Part shown: in pieces, positions 9,152 through 17,241 of the stretch
How positions within the stretch are numbered: the first letter of the stretch is position 1
How the letters are laid out: each line of letters opens with the position of its first letter
Source: Promethearchaeota archaeon
GTDB taxonomy: Archaea > Asgardarchaeota > Lokiarchaeia > Sigyniarchaeales > SOKP01
Direction of reading: 5' to 3'
Assembly (NCBI GenBank): GCA_048941285.1
Contig: JBHLNS010000032.1
Location: 1-32,606, forward strand
Length of the DNA stretch: 32,606 nt
The notes under the pieces: generated by a model
Database searches by the model: none
The model's input: only the letters and a program-made list of their open reading frames with translations
What the model was told of the DNA's origin: nothing
Made by a program: the position numbers and the translations under genes

Positions 9152-10426
9152 ATGGGTGTAGAAGAAACTTTAAAAAAATATAGTTGGATTTTGCCACTTA
9201 TTCAAAAAACAGATAGAGTAACTAGATCCATAATTATGAAAAACTTTCGTCAAAAGCGAGTGAATTTTTTTCCAGAAGGAGATGTTAAAGCTGATGTAGA
9301 TAATCTTATCAAATGCATGCTATGTCCTAATATGTGCAGGTTTGATTGCGGAACTCTACAAGCATCTTTTACTGAAACGATGAGTCCTGCATATAAAGCT
9401 AGAATTGGATACTATTTAACAATTGGAAAAATAGATCCGATGGAAAAAGAAAATAAGGCTTTCATTGATTTAATGTACAAATGTACTAATGAAGAAAATT
9501 GCAAAGTTTGGTGCCCTTTTGAATTTTCTGTTGTATCTCTCTTAGAATCAGTAAGAGATGACTTAAATGATAAGGGCTTAATGCCAGATTATTGCAAAAC
9601 GCAAATAGACAAGTTAAAGAAAACAAATACTATAGAAGATCATAACATATACGAAACTTATAAAGTTAAAGGTATTGAAAATATTGAAACAGAAGGTAAT
9701 GATGATGTTTTTTATTATATTGGATGTGAATCAATGAAATTTCCTAAACTTGTAAATGCAAATATTCAAATTTTAGAAAAAGCAGGAATTAAATTTTCAA
9801 CTAATCTTAGTAAAAAAGTTTGTTGTGGAGGCCCAGCATTCAATATTAGAGATTTAGAAACTGCCAAGGAGCTCGCTAATAAAAATAAAGAACTTATTGA
9901 ATCTACCGGTGCTGATATTATTATATCAGACTGCCCTGGCTGTGTTCTAACTTTAACAAATAGATATGGAAAAGTAGGAAATAAAATTGAAAAAAAAATA
10001 TTGCATACATCTCAATATTTTAAGAAATTAATAGATGATGGAAAGTTAAAATTTAATAATAAAATTTCAGATGAGTATAAAAAGATAACCATTCATGATC
10101 CTTGTTTAATTGCGAGAAATTTAAATGATACAGAATCTATCAGAGACATTCTTAAAAGAGTTTCAGGGTTAGAAGTAATTGAGCCTATTTATAATAAAGA
10201 ATATGTTCATTGTTGTGGTTGGAGTGGTACTGCTCATTGGGCAGATAAAGAGTTAGCTATTAAAGAAGCACGAAATAGAATTAATGAACTAAAGGAAACT
10301 GGAGTTTATACTTTTATTTCTGCTTGCCCCCTGTGTGAATTAGGTTTGGCTTATGGGATCGAAGAATCTGAAAAAGCAAAATATAAAATACTAGATATAT
10401 CTGAATTATTATTAAAAATTCTTTAA
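9152..10426 (+). CDS. (Fe-S)-binding protein, GlpC/GlcF/HdrD-like, with two CCG domains
   Basis: Ferredoxin-like motifs CMLCPNMCRFDC and CTNEENCKVWCP; CCG domain 1 YIGC...CCGG...DCPGC; CCG domain 2 HDPC...CCGW...ACPLC. Confidence 0.9.
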   Translation: MGVEETLKKYSWILPLIQKTDRVTRSIIMKNFRQKRVNFFPEGDVKADVDNLIKCMLCPNMCRFDCGTLQASFTETMSPAYKARIGYYLTIGKIDPMEKENKAFIDLMYKCTNEENCKVWCPFEFSVVSLLESVRDDLNDKGLMPDYCKTQIDKLKKTNTIEDHNIYETYKVKGIENIETEGNDDVFYYIGCESMKFPKLVNANIQILEKAGIKFSTNLSKKVCCGGPAFNIRDLETAKELANKNKELIESTGADIIISDCPGCVLTLTNRYGKVGNKIEKKILHTSQYFKKLIDDGKLKFNNKISDEYKKITIHDPCLIARNLNDTESIRDILKRVSGLEVIEPIYNKEYVHCCGWSGTAHWADKELAIKEARNRINELKETGVYTFISACPLCELGLAYGIEESEKAKYKILDISELLLKIL

Positions 10427-10454
10427 TATTTAAATTAATAATTTGAGTGGTTTT

Positions 10455-11915
10455 ATGAGTGATTTGATTTGTGTATTTGATGTTGGGACAACTGGAGCAA
10501 GAACTATTGTATTTGATATTAACGGTAAAGAAATTGCTAAAGCTTATGAGGAATACCCTGTTGTAAAACAGCCAATAGGAATTTCTGAGCAAAATCCACT
10601 AATTTGGTGGAATGCTATTAGAAATACATGTAATAAGGTTGCGAAAAAAATTAATTCTGAAGATATCATTGGAATATCAGCAACATTTCTTCGCGGTACA
10701 GTAACAATAATTGATAAGAAAAGTGAAGTTCTTCATCCCGCTTTAACTTGGATGGACGAAAGAGAAGAGCATACAGCATTAGAATGGAAAAAGGAAGTCG
10801 ATCTCAGAAGGTCGATTCCTAAAATACTCTGGATTAAGAATAACAAACCAGATTTATTCAGCAAATGTGATAAAATTATTCACACTGATTCCTATATTTA
10901 TATGAAATTATGCGAAGAATGTGTAACAGACCCATCAATTAGTATTTGGGGAATATTAAATAATAATTCACTTAAATGGGATGAGGAATTGGCAGAACGA
11001 TTTGATTTACCAATAGATTTATGGCCAGAATTACATCCACCGGGGGAAATTATTGGTGAATTATCCAGTAGTGCTGCAGATGTTTTAGGTTTAAAGAAAA
11101 ACATTCCAATTATAGTAGGTGGTGGCGATCAACAATGTTCAGCATTAGGATTAGGGGTTATTAACGTAGGTCAAGTTAAAGTTACTACTGGGACGGGAAC
11201 ATTTTTAGATTATGTTGTAGATCATCCAATTGAACCCGCAGGAGATTTTCCTATTTTTTCATTACCTTCTGTTATAAAGGGTAAATGGAATATTGAAGGT
11301 GTTTATCCCGGAACAGGAACAGCATTAAAATGGTTTGCAGATAATTTCTCACAATTACAAATTAAACATAGTTTAGAACAGGGTAAAAATGTGTATGATA
11401 TGTTAGCTTCAGAAGCGGCACCAATACCCCCTGGCAGTGGAGGGTTACTATTTTTAACAGGATTATCTATCTTTCGAAAAGGAACGATTCATGGATTAGA
11501 TTGGAATCATACTAGAGCACATATTATACGATCGATAATGGAGTCTGCTGCACTGGGTACTAGATATTACCTCCAAACAACAGAAGCAATGGGGGGTGAA
11601 AAAACGTCTGAATTAAGAGTTGACGGTGGAGGAATGAATAGCGATTTATGGGCTCAAATTTTTGCAGATATTATAGAGAAAAAAATATTAATTTCAGAGA
11701 ATAAAGATGGTGCGGCAATGGGTGCAGCAATTTTAGGATTTTTTGGATGTAAAAGATATGATAAGTTTGAAACAGCTATTGAAAATATGGTTAGATTTCC
11801 TAAATTTAAACTTCCAAATAAAGAAAATTCAAAAATATATAAAAAATTATATAGAATTTTTCTACCAACCCTTTTAGAAGTTTATTCTAAGAAGCGAGTC
11901 ACTAAAGATTTATAA
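10455..11915 (+). CDS. FGGY-family carbohydrate kinase (xylulokinase/glycerol kinase-like), substrate unknown
   Basis: DVGTTGAR, EQNP..WW, WMDER, GGGDQQ, TTGTG, VDGGG...W.QI.AD, AAMGAAILG. ATG 10455, with GAGTGG upstream, is preferred to TTG 10443. Confidence 0.9.
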   Translation: MSDLICVFDVGTTGARTIVFDINGKEIAKAYEEYPVVKQPIGISEQNPLIWWNAIRNTCNKVAKKINSEDIIGISATFLRGTVTIIDKKSEVLHPALTWMDEREEHTALEWKKEVDLRRSIPKILWIKNNKPDLFSKCDKIIHTDSYIYMKLCEECVTDPSISIWGILNNNSLKWDEELAERFDLPIDLWPELHPPGEIIGELSSSAADVLGLKKNIPIIVGGGDQQCSALGLGVINVGQVKVTTGTGTFLDYVVDHPIEPAGDFPIFSLPSVIKGKWNIEGVYPGTGTALKWFADNFSQLQIKHSLEQGKNVYDMLASEAAPIPPGSGGLLFLTGLSIFRKGTIHGLDWNHTRAHIIRSIMESAALGTRYYLQTTEAMGGEKTSELRVDGGGMNSDLWAQIFADIIEKKILISENKDGAAMGAAILGFFGCKRYDKFETAIENMVRFPKFKLPNKENSKIYKKLYRIFLPTLLEVYSKKRVTKDL

Positions 11916-12043
11916 TTTTTTTTATATTTTATTACCTTTTTTAGATGATTAAGAGCGAATATTTGTAATTTTATAAATTTAGTAAAGTATTTTTGGAATA
12001 TTTTATTTCAAAAATTATAGAATATTATAAGATATCAACTCGC

Positions 12044-12871
12044 ATGCCTTATTTTAAGAACCAAGAGGGTTATAATCTATATTATGAAAATATTAATCCA
12101 GATTCAAAAGCGTGTACCATTATTTTACTTCATGGGTTCGCTTCCTCTGCTTCTTTTTTCAAGGCACAAATAAATATTTTAAAGAAGAATTATAGAATTA
12201 TTGCTTTTGATGCATTAGGGCATGGGAGGAGTGATCATCCTAAAGAAATTAATCTCTCGAAAAATCTTAGATATGATATCATTAGAGATTTAGAAGATCT
12301 TCTCAAATACTTAGAAGTTAATGAAAAGTACGGTATAATAGGGCATTCCCTTGTTGGTGGGATGATTGGCCAGTTATTTGCTATAAAACATCCTGACAAT
12401 ATCAAATTTCTTATCTTATTAAATTCTGGGTATATTATGATTGATAATGTTATAAGAAATATTTTTTATAACTTACTCCCGTATTTTATTCGAATGAATT
12501 TTTTAGAGGTTTTAGCAAACTCTGTTGAAAAAATACTAGATAAAACGATACCTTACATAATTACTGCTTTATCTGATTCCTTAGCAGGATTAAATTTAAC
12601 TAAAGACCAATTATATATGAAAATTGAAGATCAAATTTTTCGGATGATTCATGAAATAAAAGAATATGACCCATCAGGTATTAGCTGCCCTACGTTAATA
12701 ATTGGCGGGAGACTTGACAATTTTGCTCCAGAACAGATGTCAGAAGAACTCCATAAGAAAATACCTCAAAGTGAGCTAGAGATCATTGATATGGCCGGTC
12801 ATTTTATGCCGAATCAGCGATCTGAAGTAATTAATGATTTAATTTGTAATTTTATTAATAAACTTAAGTAA
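12044..12871 (+). CDS. Alpha/beta-fold hydrolase (esterase/lipase-like)
   Basis: LLHGF oxyanion motif, DALGHGRS, GHSLVGG nucleophile region, PTLIIGGRLD (Asp), AGHF (His). ATG 12044 is preferred to TTG 11993. Confidence 0.88.
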   Translation: MPYFKNQEGYNLYYENINPDSKACTIILLHGFASSASFFKAQINILKKNYRIIAFDALGHGRSDHPKEINLSKNLRYDIIRDLEDLLKYLEVNEKYGIIGHSLVGGMIGQLFAIKHPDNIKFLILLNSGYIMIDNVIRNIFYNLLPYFIRMNFLEVLANSVEKILDKTIPYIITALSDSLAGLNLTKDQLYMKIEDQIFRMIHEIKEYDPSGISCPTLIIGGRLDNFAPEQMSEELHKKIPQSELEIIDMAGHFMPNQRSEVINDLICNFINKLK

Positions 12872-12911
12872 TTTTTACTAAATCAATTTAAATCCTTCCT
12901 CTTGATGTAAT

Positions 12912-13307
12912 ATGAATGAAAATTTAAAAAATAATGATCAAAATACAGCAGTTTCATTTTTTCGAAAAGAAGTAAACAAGTTTGTAGAAGAACGAAATTG
13001 GAGTAAATACCATACACCCAAAGATTTAGTTCAAGCTATAAATTGTGAAGCGGGGGAATTATCCCAGTTATTACTGTTTAAAGATTATACAAAAGGTGAA
13101 ATCTGGAAAAATAAGACACTTCTTAGACATATTTCTGAAGAAATTGCTGATGTATTTATTTACTTGATAAGTCTAATTAATGCATTGGATTTAGATTTAA
13201 GCCAAATTTTTATAGATAAAATGGAAAAAAATAAAATAAAATATTCAAGTAAAGAATTTAATAATGGAATTTATTATAAAAAATCAAATCAAGAGAATAA
13301 AAAATGA
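12912..13307 (+). CDS. MazG-like nucleotide pyrophosphohydrolase (DCTPP1-like)
   Basis: FVEERNWSKYHTPKDL, EAGEL, EEIADVFIYL and KMEKNKIKY motifs. Confidence 0.9.
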   Translation: MNENLKNNDQNTAVSFFRKEVNKFVEERNWSKYHTPKDLVQAINCEAGELSQLLLFKDYTKGEIWKNKTLLRHISEEIADVFIYLISLINALDLDLSQIFIDKMEKNKIKYSSKEFNNGIYYKKSNQENKK

Positions 13308-13774
13308 ATGAGATAAATAAAAATTTATTAGCGCCATGTGGGTTATACTGTGGTGTGTGTGCTATACATATCGCTGATAAAGAAAATAATTTAAAGTTTA
13401 AAGAAAAACTAGTAGACGTTTACAAACCATTTAGTAAAACTGTTGCTGATATTAAATGTGATGGTTGTCTCTCAGTAAACCAAGAGGCTATCTTTGGATA
13501 TTGTCAAACATGTCCAATCAGAGATTGTGTTAAAACTAAAGGAATTAATGGCTGTTATCAATGTAATGGCTTTCCATGTAAATTTATTGACCGCTTCCCC
13601 GTACCTGTTGGTAAAAAAGTTATTCTAAGAGCAATACCTCGATGGAAAGAAATAGGAACTGAAAAATGGGTTGAGGAAGAAGAAAGAAGATACCATTGCC
13701 CGGAATGTAATAATTCCTTATTCCGAGGAGCAAAAAGATGTAATAAATGTGGAATATCTGTAGATGTAGACTGA
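13304..13774 (+). CDS. DUF3795-like Cys-rich metal-binding protein with C-terminal zinc ribbon
   Basis: APCGLYCGVC, CDGC, CPIRDC, CYQCNGFPC, then CPEC...CNKC. ATGA overlap with the upstream gene. Confidence 0.85.
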   Translation: MNEINKNLLAPCGLYCGVCAIHIADKENNLKFKEKLVDVYKPFSKTVADIKCDGCLSVNQEAIFGYCQTCPIRDCVKTKGINGCYQCNGFPCKFIDRFPVPVGKKVILRAIPRWKEIGTEKWVEEEERRYHCPECNNSLFRGAKRCNKCGISVDVD

Positions 13775-13792
13775 ATTTAAGCTATTCAAATC

Positions 13793-13808
13793 AAGAAATA
13801 TTTATATA
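13793..13808 (+). promoter_or_regulatory. Putative archaeal promoter (purine-rich BRE plus TTTATATA box)
   Basis: AAGAAATA followed by TTTATATA (13801-13808), 53 nt upstream of ATG 13862. Confidence 0.5.
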
Positions 13809-13861
13809 ATTCTTATGAAGATTAGAAAATACTAATTATCTAAAATTTTAGTTGAATTATA

Positions 13862-14734
13862 ATGCGAATTTCAGAGTATTTAAAACCTGTCTTATTATTC
13901 AGTATTTATATTTTATTATTTGGATTTTTAGCTGGTTTTTACAACTATCTTGCTACACCAAGTTTAACTCCACTACTTCCAGATATAAATAAAGGTAGAC
14001 AGATAGGAATAATGTTTTTTATTGTTTATCCATTAGCTTCTATATTAGGAGCTTTACTAGGTGGTTACGTTTTATCGCCTTTATATCTTATTGTACATAA
14101 AATAGTAATTGGTAGGAAAATGATTTATGGCCTACAAGAGAAGCCTTCCAGTATAAAATTTCATAAAACATTCCAAGGCTTCTTTCCAACATTAATAGCA
14201 TTGAATTTTGCCCTAATGCTTGCTCCTCTTCCTCTTGTGTATCAGGCTATCATAAATCCAATATATTGGGACGCTCCAGGTGAAAACACTTTTGCTGCCC
14301 TACTTACTTTATTAATGTTTTTCCTTGGAATATCAGCATTTATATTTTCTCCTATATGGTTTCTATTAGATGGAGGAATAATCTATACAAACAAAGAAAA
14401 AGTCAAAAATAAAGATAACCCAGTTGAAGTAAAATCTGTAGGCGGGTGGTATCTGTTTATTATGAAAGGTTACGCCGGAATAAGCCTAATTATTGAATAT
14501 AGCATATTTTTTGGGATCTTCCTACAGCAAATGTTTACTTTGGCTTTTCATGATGTTGTAATTGCTTTAATAGTTCTAATTCCTTTCCCAATAACTCTAA
14601 CATTTATATTTATTCCTACAATAATTATTTTGGATCTTTTTAAAGGAAATAGAAAAAAGTATATAAGAAAATGTGCAAAAAAGTTGGGGATTACTGACAT
14701 TTTAGAGGTAAAAATAGAAAAAATTAGTCAATAA
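13862..14734 (+). CDS. Hypothetical polytopic membrane protein (about 6 TM)
   Basis: 290 aa with several hydrophobic segments and motifs WFLLDGGIIY and VKSVGGWY...KGYAGIS. Confidence 0.8.
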   Translation: MRISEYLKPVLLFSIYILLFGFLAGFYNYLATPSLTPLLPDINKGRQIGIMFFIVYPLASILGALLGGYVLSPLYLIVHKIVIGRKMIYGLQEKPSSIKFHKTFQGFFPTLIALNFALMLAPLPLVYQAIINPIYWDAPGENTFAALLTLLMFFLGISAFIFSPIWFLLDGGIIYTNKEKVKNKDNPVEVKSVGGWYLFIMKGYAGISLIIEYSIFFGIFLQQMFTLAFHDVVIALIVLIPFPITLTFIFIPTIIILDLFKGNRKKYIRKCAKKLGITDILEVKIEKISQ

Positions 14735-14796
14735 TTTTTTCTTTATTTTTTTATTAATAATAAGAATTTTTATGGTTTTTCAACTATCTTAAAATC

Positions 14797-15774
14797 ATGG
14801 TAACCAATGATATTGATAAAATTCTCAAAAAACAATTAAATTACACATTAAAAGACACGAATTTTTCAACTTTAGGAAAATTGTATCGAGGAAAAGTCAG
14901 AGATAATTATATACAAAAAGATAAAAGGATTATCATTGCAACAGACCGTCTCAGTGCTTTCGATAGAGTAATAACTACTATTCCGTTTAAAGGTCAGATG
15001 TTAAACCAAGTTTCATCCTTCTGGTTTGAGAAAACGAAAAATATTGTTAAAAATCATATTATAGATGTACCAGATCCGAATGTATCTGTCGTTCATCAAT
15101 GCGATACAGTTCCAGTAGAAGTGATTATAAGGGGCTACGTGACAGGAAGTATGTGGCGAGATTATAATAAAGGAATCCCTACATCAGGTATAATGCCTCC
15201 AAAGGGAATGAGAAAAAATCAGAAGTTCGAAGAGATAATAGTTACTCCTTCAACAAAAGCAGAATCAGGGCATGACATTTACTTATCAAAAGAAGCGATA
15301 ATAAAACAAGGATTGGTCGATAAAGAAATCTATGAAGAAATGGAAGAAGCTGCGCTTAAATTGTTCAAATTCGGACAAATGTTTTGTGAAAAAAATGGTC
15401 TTATCTTAGTCGATACCAAATATGAATTTGGATTAAAAAAAGGAGAGTTAATGGTTATTGACGAGATTCATACACAAGATTCATCTCGCTTTTGGATCCT
15501 CGATACTTATAACGAAAAATTTGAAAAAGGAGTTGATCCCGACATTTTAGATAAAGAAATTTTTCGAGGATGGCTCATGGAAACTTACCCTGACATATTT
15601 CCAGATATTAAACCAGAGGAAGAAATTCCTCCAATTTCAGAAGATATTAAAATTGAATTAGCGAAAAGATACATGCATAGTTATAGTAAGATAACTGGTA
15701 TAGAATTTAAAGCCGAGATTTCTGATGTGAAAAAAAGAATTTATGAAAATTTAAAGGAAGCTAATTATTTATAA
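14797..15774 (+). CDS. purC: Phosphoribosylaminoimidazolesuccinocarboxamide (SAICAR) synthase, long form
   Basis: YRGKVRD, ATDRLSAFD, IPFKG, PVEVIIRGYVTGS, TPSTKA, LVDTKYEFG, DEIHTQDSSRFW and LDKE motifs. Confidence 0.96.
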   Translation: MVTNDIDKILKKQLNYTLKDTNFSTLGKLYRGKVRDNYIQKDKRIIIATDRLSAFDRVITTIPFKGQMLNQVSSFWFEKTKNIVKNHIIDVPDPNVSVVHQCDTVPVEVIIRGYVTGSMWRDYNKGIPTSGIMPPKGMRKNQKFEEIIVTPSTKAESGHDIYLSKEAIIKQGLVDKEIYEEMEEAALKLFKFGQMFCEKNGLILVDTKYEFGLKKGELMVIDEIHTQDSSRFWILDTYNEKFEKGVDPDILDKEIFRGWLMETYPDIFPDIKPEEEIPPISEDIKIELAKRYMHSYSKITGIEFKAEISDVKKRIYENLKEANYL

Positions 15775-15820
15775 CAGTTAAGAAAAATTTAAATAATAAT
15801 ACATTGTATTTTATTGCATT

Positions 15821-16024
15821 ATGTTGAATATAATTCTTTTATTTTTAATTATAATATTGTTTCTCTTCAGTTTCGTATTTCTAATCTTAGATCTTGGAAG
15901 TTATCAAAAGGAAAAAAATGAAGATTCAAAGAGAACTTTTATTCCCAAAAGAAGTCGATATTCGTTATTATTTGGCCTACTTGCTTTAGTTGTGTCTGTA
16001 ATTATTAGTATCGCTTATGTTTGA
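15821..16024 (+). CDS. Small hypothetical membrane protein (2 TM)
   Basis: 67 aa, two hydrophobic segments around a charged loop, ATG start, same strand as its neighbours. Confidence 0.6.
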   Translation: MLNIILLFLIIILFLFSFVFLILDLGSYQKEKNEDSKRTFIPKRSRYSLLFGLLALVVSVIISIAYV

Positions 16025-16033
16025 TTTATAATT

Positions 16034-16075
16034 AATAGCTATTTAGTCTATTTTCAATGATAAATAGTTATTTTT
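16034..16075 (+). terminator. Possible terminator: hairpin followed by T tract
   Basis: AATAGCTATTTA (16034-16045) pairs with TAAATAGTTATT (16061-16072), with one G-U, and runs into TTTTT just after the small ORF stop. Confidence 0.35.
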
Positions 16076-16251
16076 AATATAATGATTTTCTTTTCAACCG
16101 TAAGTTCTTCACTTCGAAATTTTGGTTTTAACTTGATTTAATTGCTTAAATTAAGTTGAGGATTATTTAACTCTTGTCGTTTTTGTCGATGAACATTATT
16201 TTTAAGTTAATAAGAATTAATAAAAATATATACAACTTCTTTTTTCGTAAA

Positions 16252-16524
16252 ATGACGCTTCAAGAATTCATTGTAGAAGTTATAATTACTAATAAAGAAA
16301 AAGCTCGTGATCCTGTAGGTGAAACAATAAGGCGTGATCTTTTAGCAAAAAAAGGTTATGATATGGTTTCAACCGTTCGGAGTGGACAATATTTAAGATT
16401 TAACCTCAACAGTGAAAGTAAGGAACGAGCAAAGGATATTATTGAAGAATTATTAAATAAATTGAGAATTTATAACCCGGTAACTCAAAATTTCAGGATT
16501 TTAAAACTAAATAAAGAGTCTTAA
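16252..16524 (+). CDS. purS: Phosphoribosylformylglycinamidine synthase subunit PurS
   Basis: RDPVGETI...G...VRSG...NPV pattern, 90 aa from ATG 16252, directly upstream of purQ. The ORF track's TTG 16174 start is probably too long. Confidence 0.9.
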   Translation: MTLQEFIVEVIITNKEKARDPVGETIRRDLLAKKGYDMVSTVRSGQYLRFNLNSESKERAKDIIEELLNKLRIYNPVTQNFRILKLNKES

Positions 16525-16530
16525 GAAATT

Positions 16531-17241
16531 ATGAGTGTTAAAATAGCTGTTATACAATTTCCGGGTGCTAATTGTGATTTAGATACGATCCATGTATTAA
16601 AGAATATTATTCAGGTTGATGTGGATCTAGTCTGGCATAACTATTTCAAGGAATCCAAATACGATGGAGTTATCTTACCCGGAGGTTTTTCATTCGGTGA
16701 TTATTTAAGAGGTGGAATTATTGCTGCTCATAGCCCTGCAATTGATGAGGCAAAAATAATGCTTAAAGATGGCAGACCTGTAATAGGTATTTGCAATGGA
16801 TGTCAAATCTTAGCTGAAGCTCAATTCATCCCGGGAGCATTTTTACGAAATGATTCTCTTAAATTCATATGTAAATGGGTAAATCTTAAGGTTGAAAATA
16901 ACAGCACGGCCTTTTCAAATGAAATGAATTTAGAAGATGTGCTTGCTTTACCTATAGCACATGCGGAAGGTCGTTATTTCACTGATAACTTGAAAGAATT
17001 AGAAGAAAATGACCAAATTGTCTTTAGATATTCTACTGAAGATGGCGAACTTACAAAAGAAGCAAATCCTAATGGTTCATTAGATAATATTGCTGGAGTC
17101 TGTAATTTAGAACAAAATTGCATTGGTTTAATGCCACACCCAGAACGAGCCTCCGAAAAAATTTTAAGCCCAAAAGGTACTGAGCATGGTAGATTATTTT
17201 TTAATTCAATGATTGAATTTATTAAGCAGAGGATATCTTAA
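16531..17241 (+). CDS. purQ: Phosphoribosylformylglycinamidine synthase subunit PurQ
   Basis: FPGANCD, LPGGFSFGDYLR, GICNGCQIL (catalytic Cys), AHAEGRY, NPNGS and MPHPER motifs. Confidence 0.97.
   Translation: MSVKIAVIQFPGANCDLDTIHVLKNIIQVDVDLVWHNYFKESKYDGVILPGGFSFGDYLRGGIIAAHSPAIDEAKIMLKDGRPVIGICNGCQILAEAQFIPGAFLRNDSLKFICKWVNLKVENNSTAFSNEMNLEDVLALPIAHAEGRYFTDNLKELEENDQIVFRYSTEDGELTKEANPNGSLDNIAGVCNLEQNCIGLMPHPERASEKILSPKGTEHGRLFFNSMIEFIKQRIS

Noticed and set aside
16174-16251. N-terminal extension of PurS (similar extensions at 11993, 23817, 30794)
   Set aside because: These are longest-ORF artefacts from TTG starts through promoter DNA; downstream ATGs give family-typical lengths.
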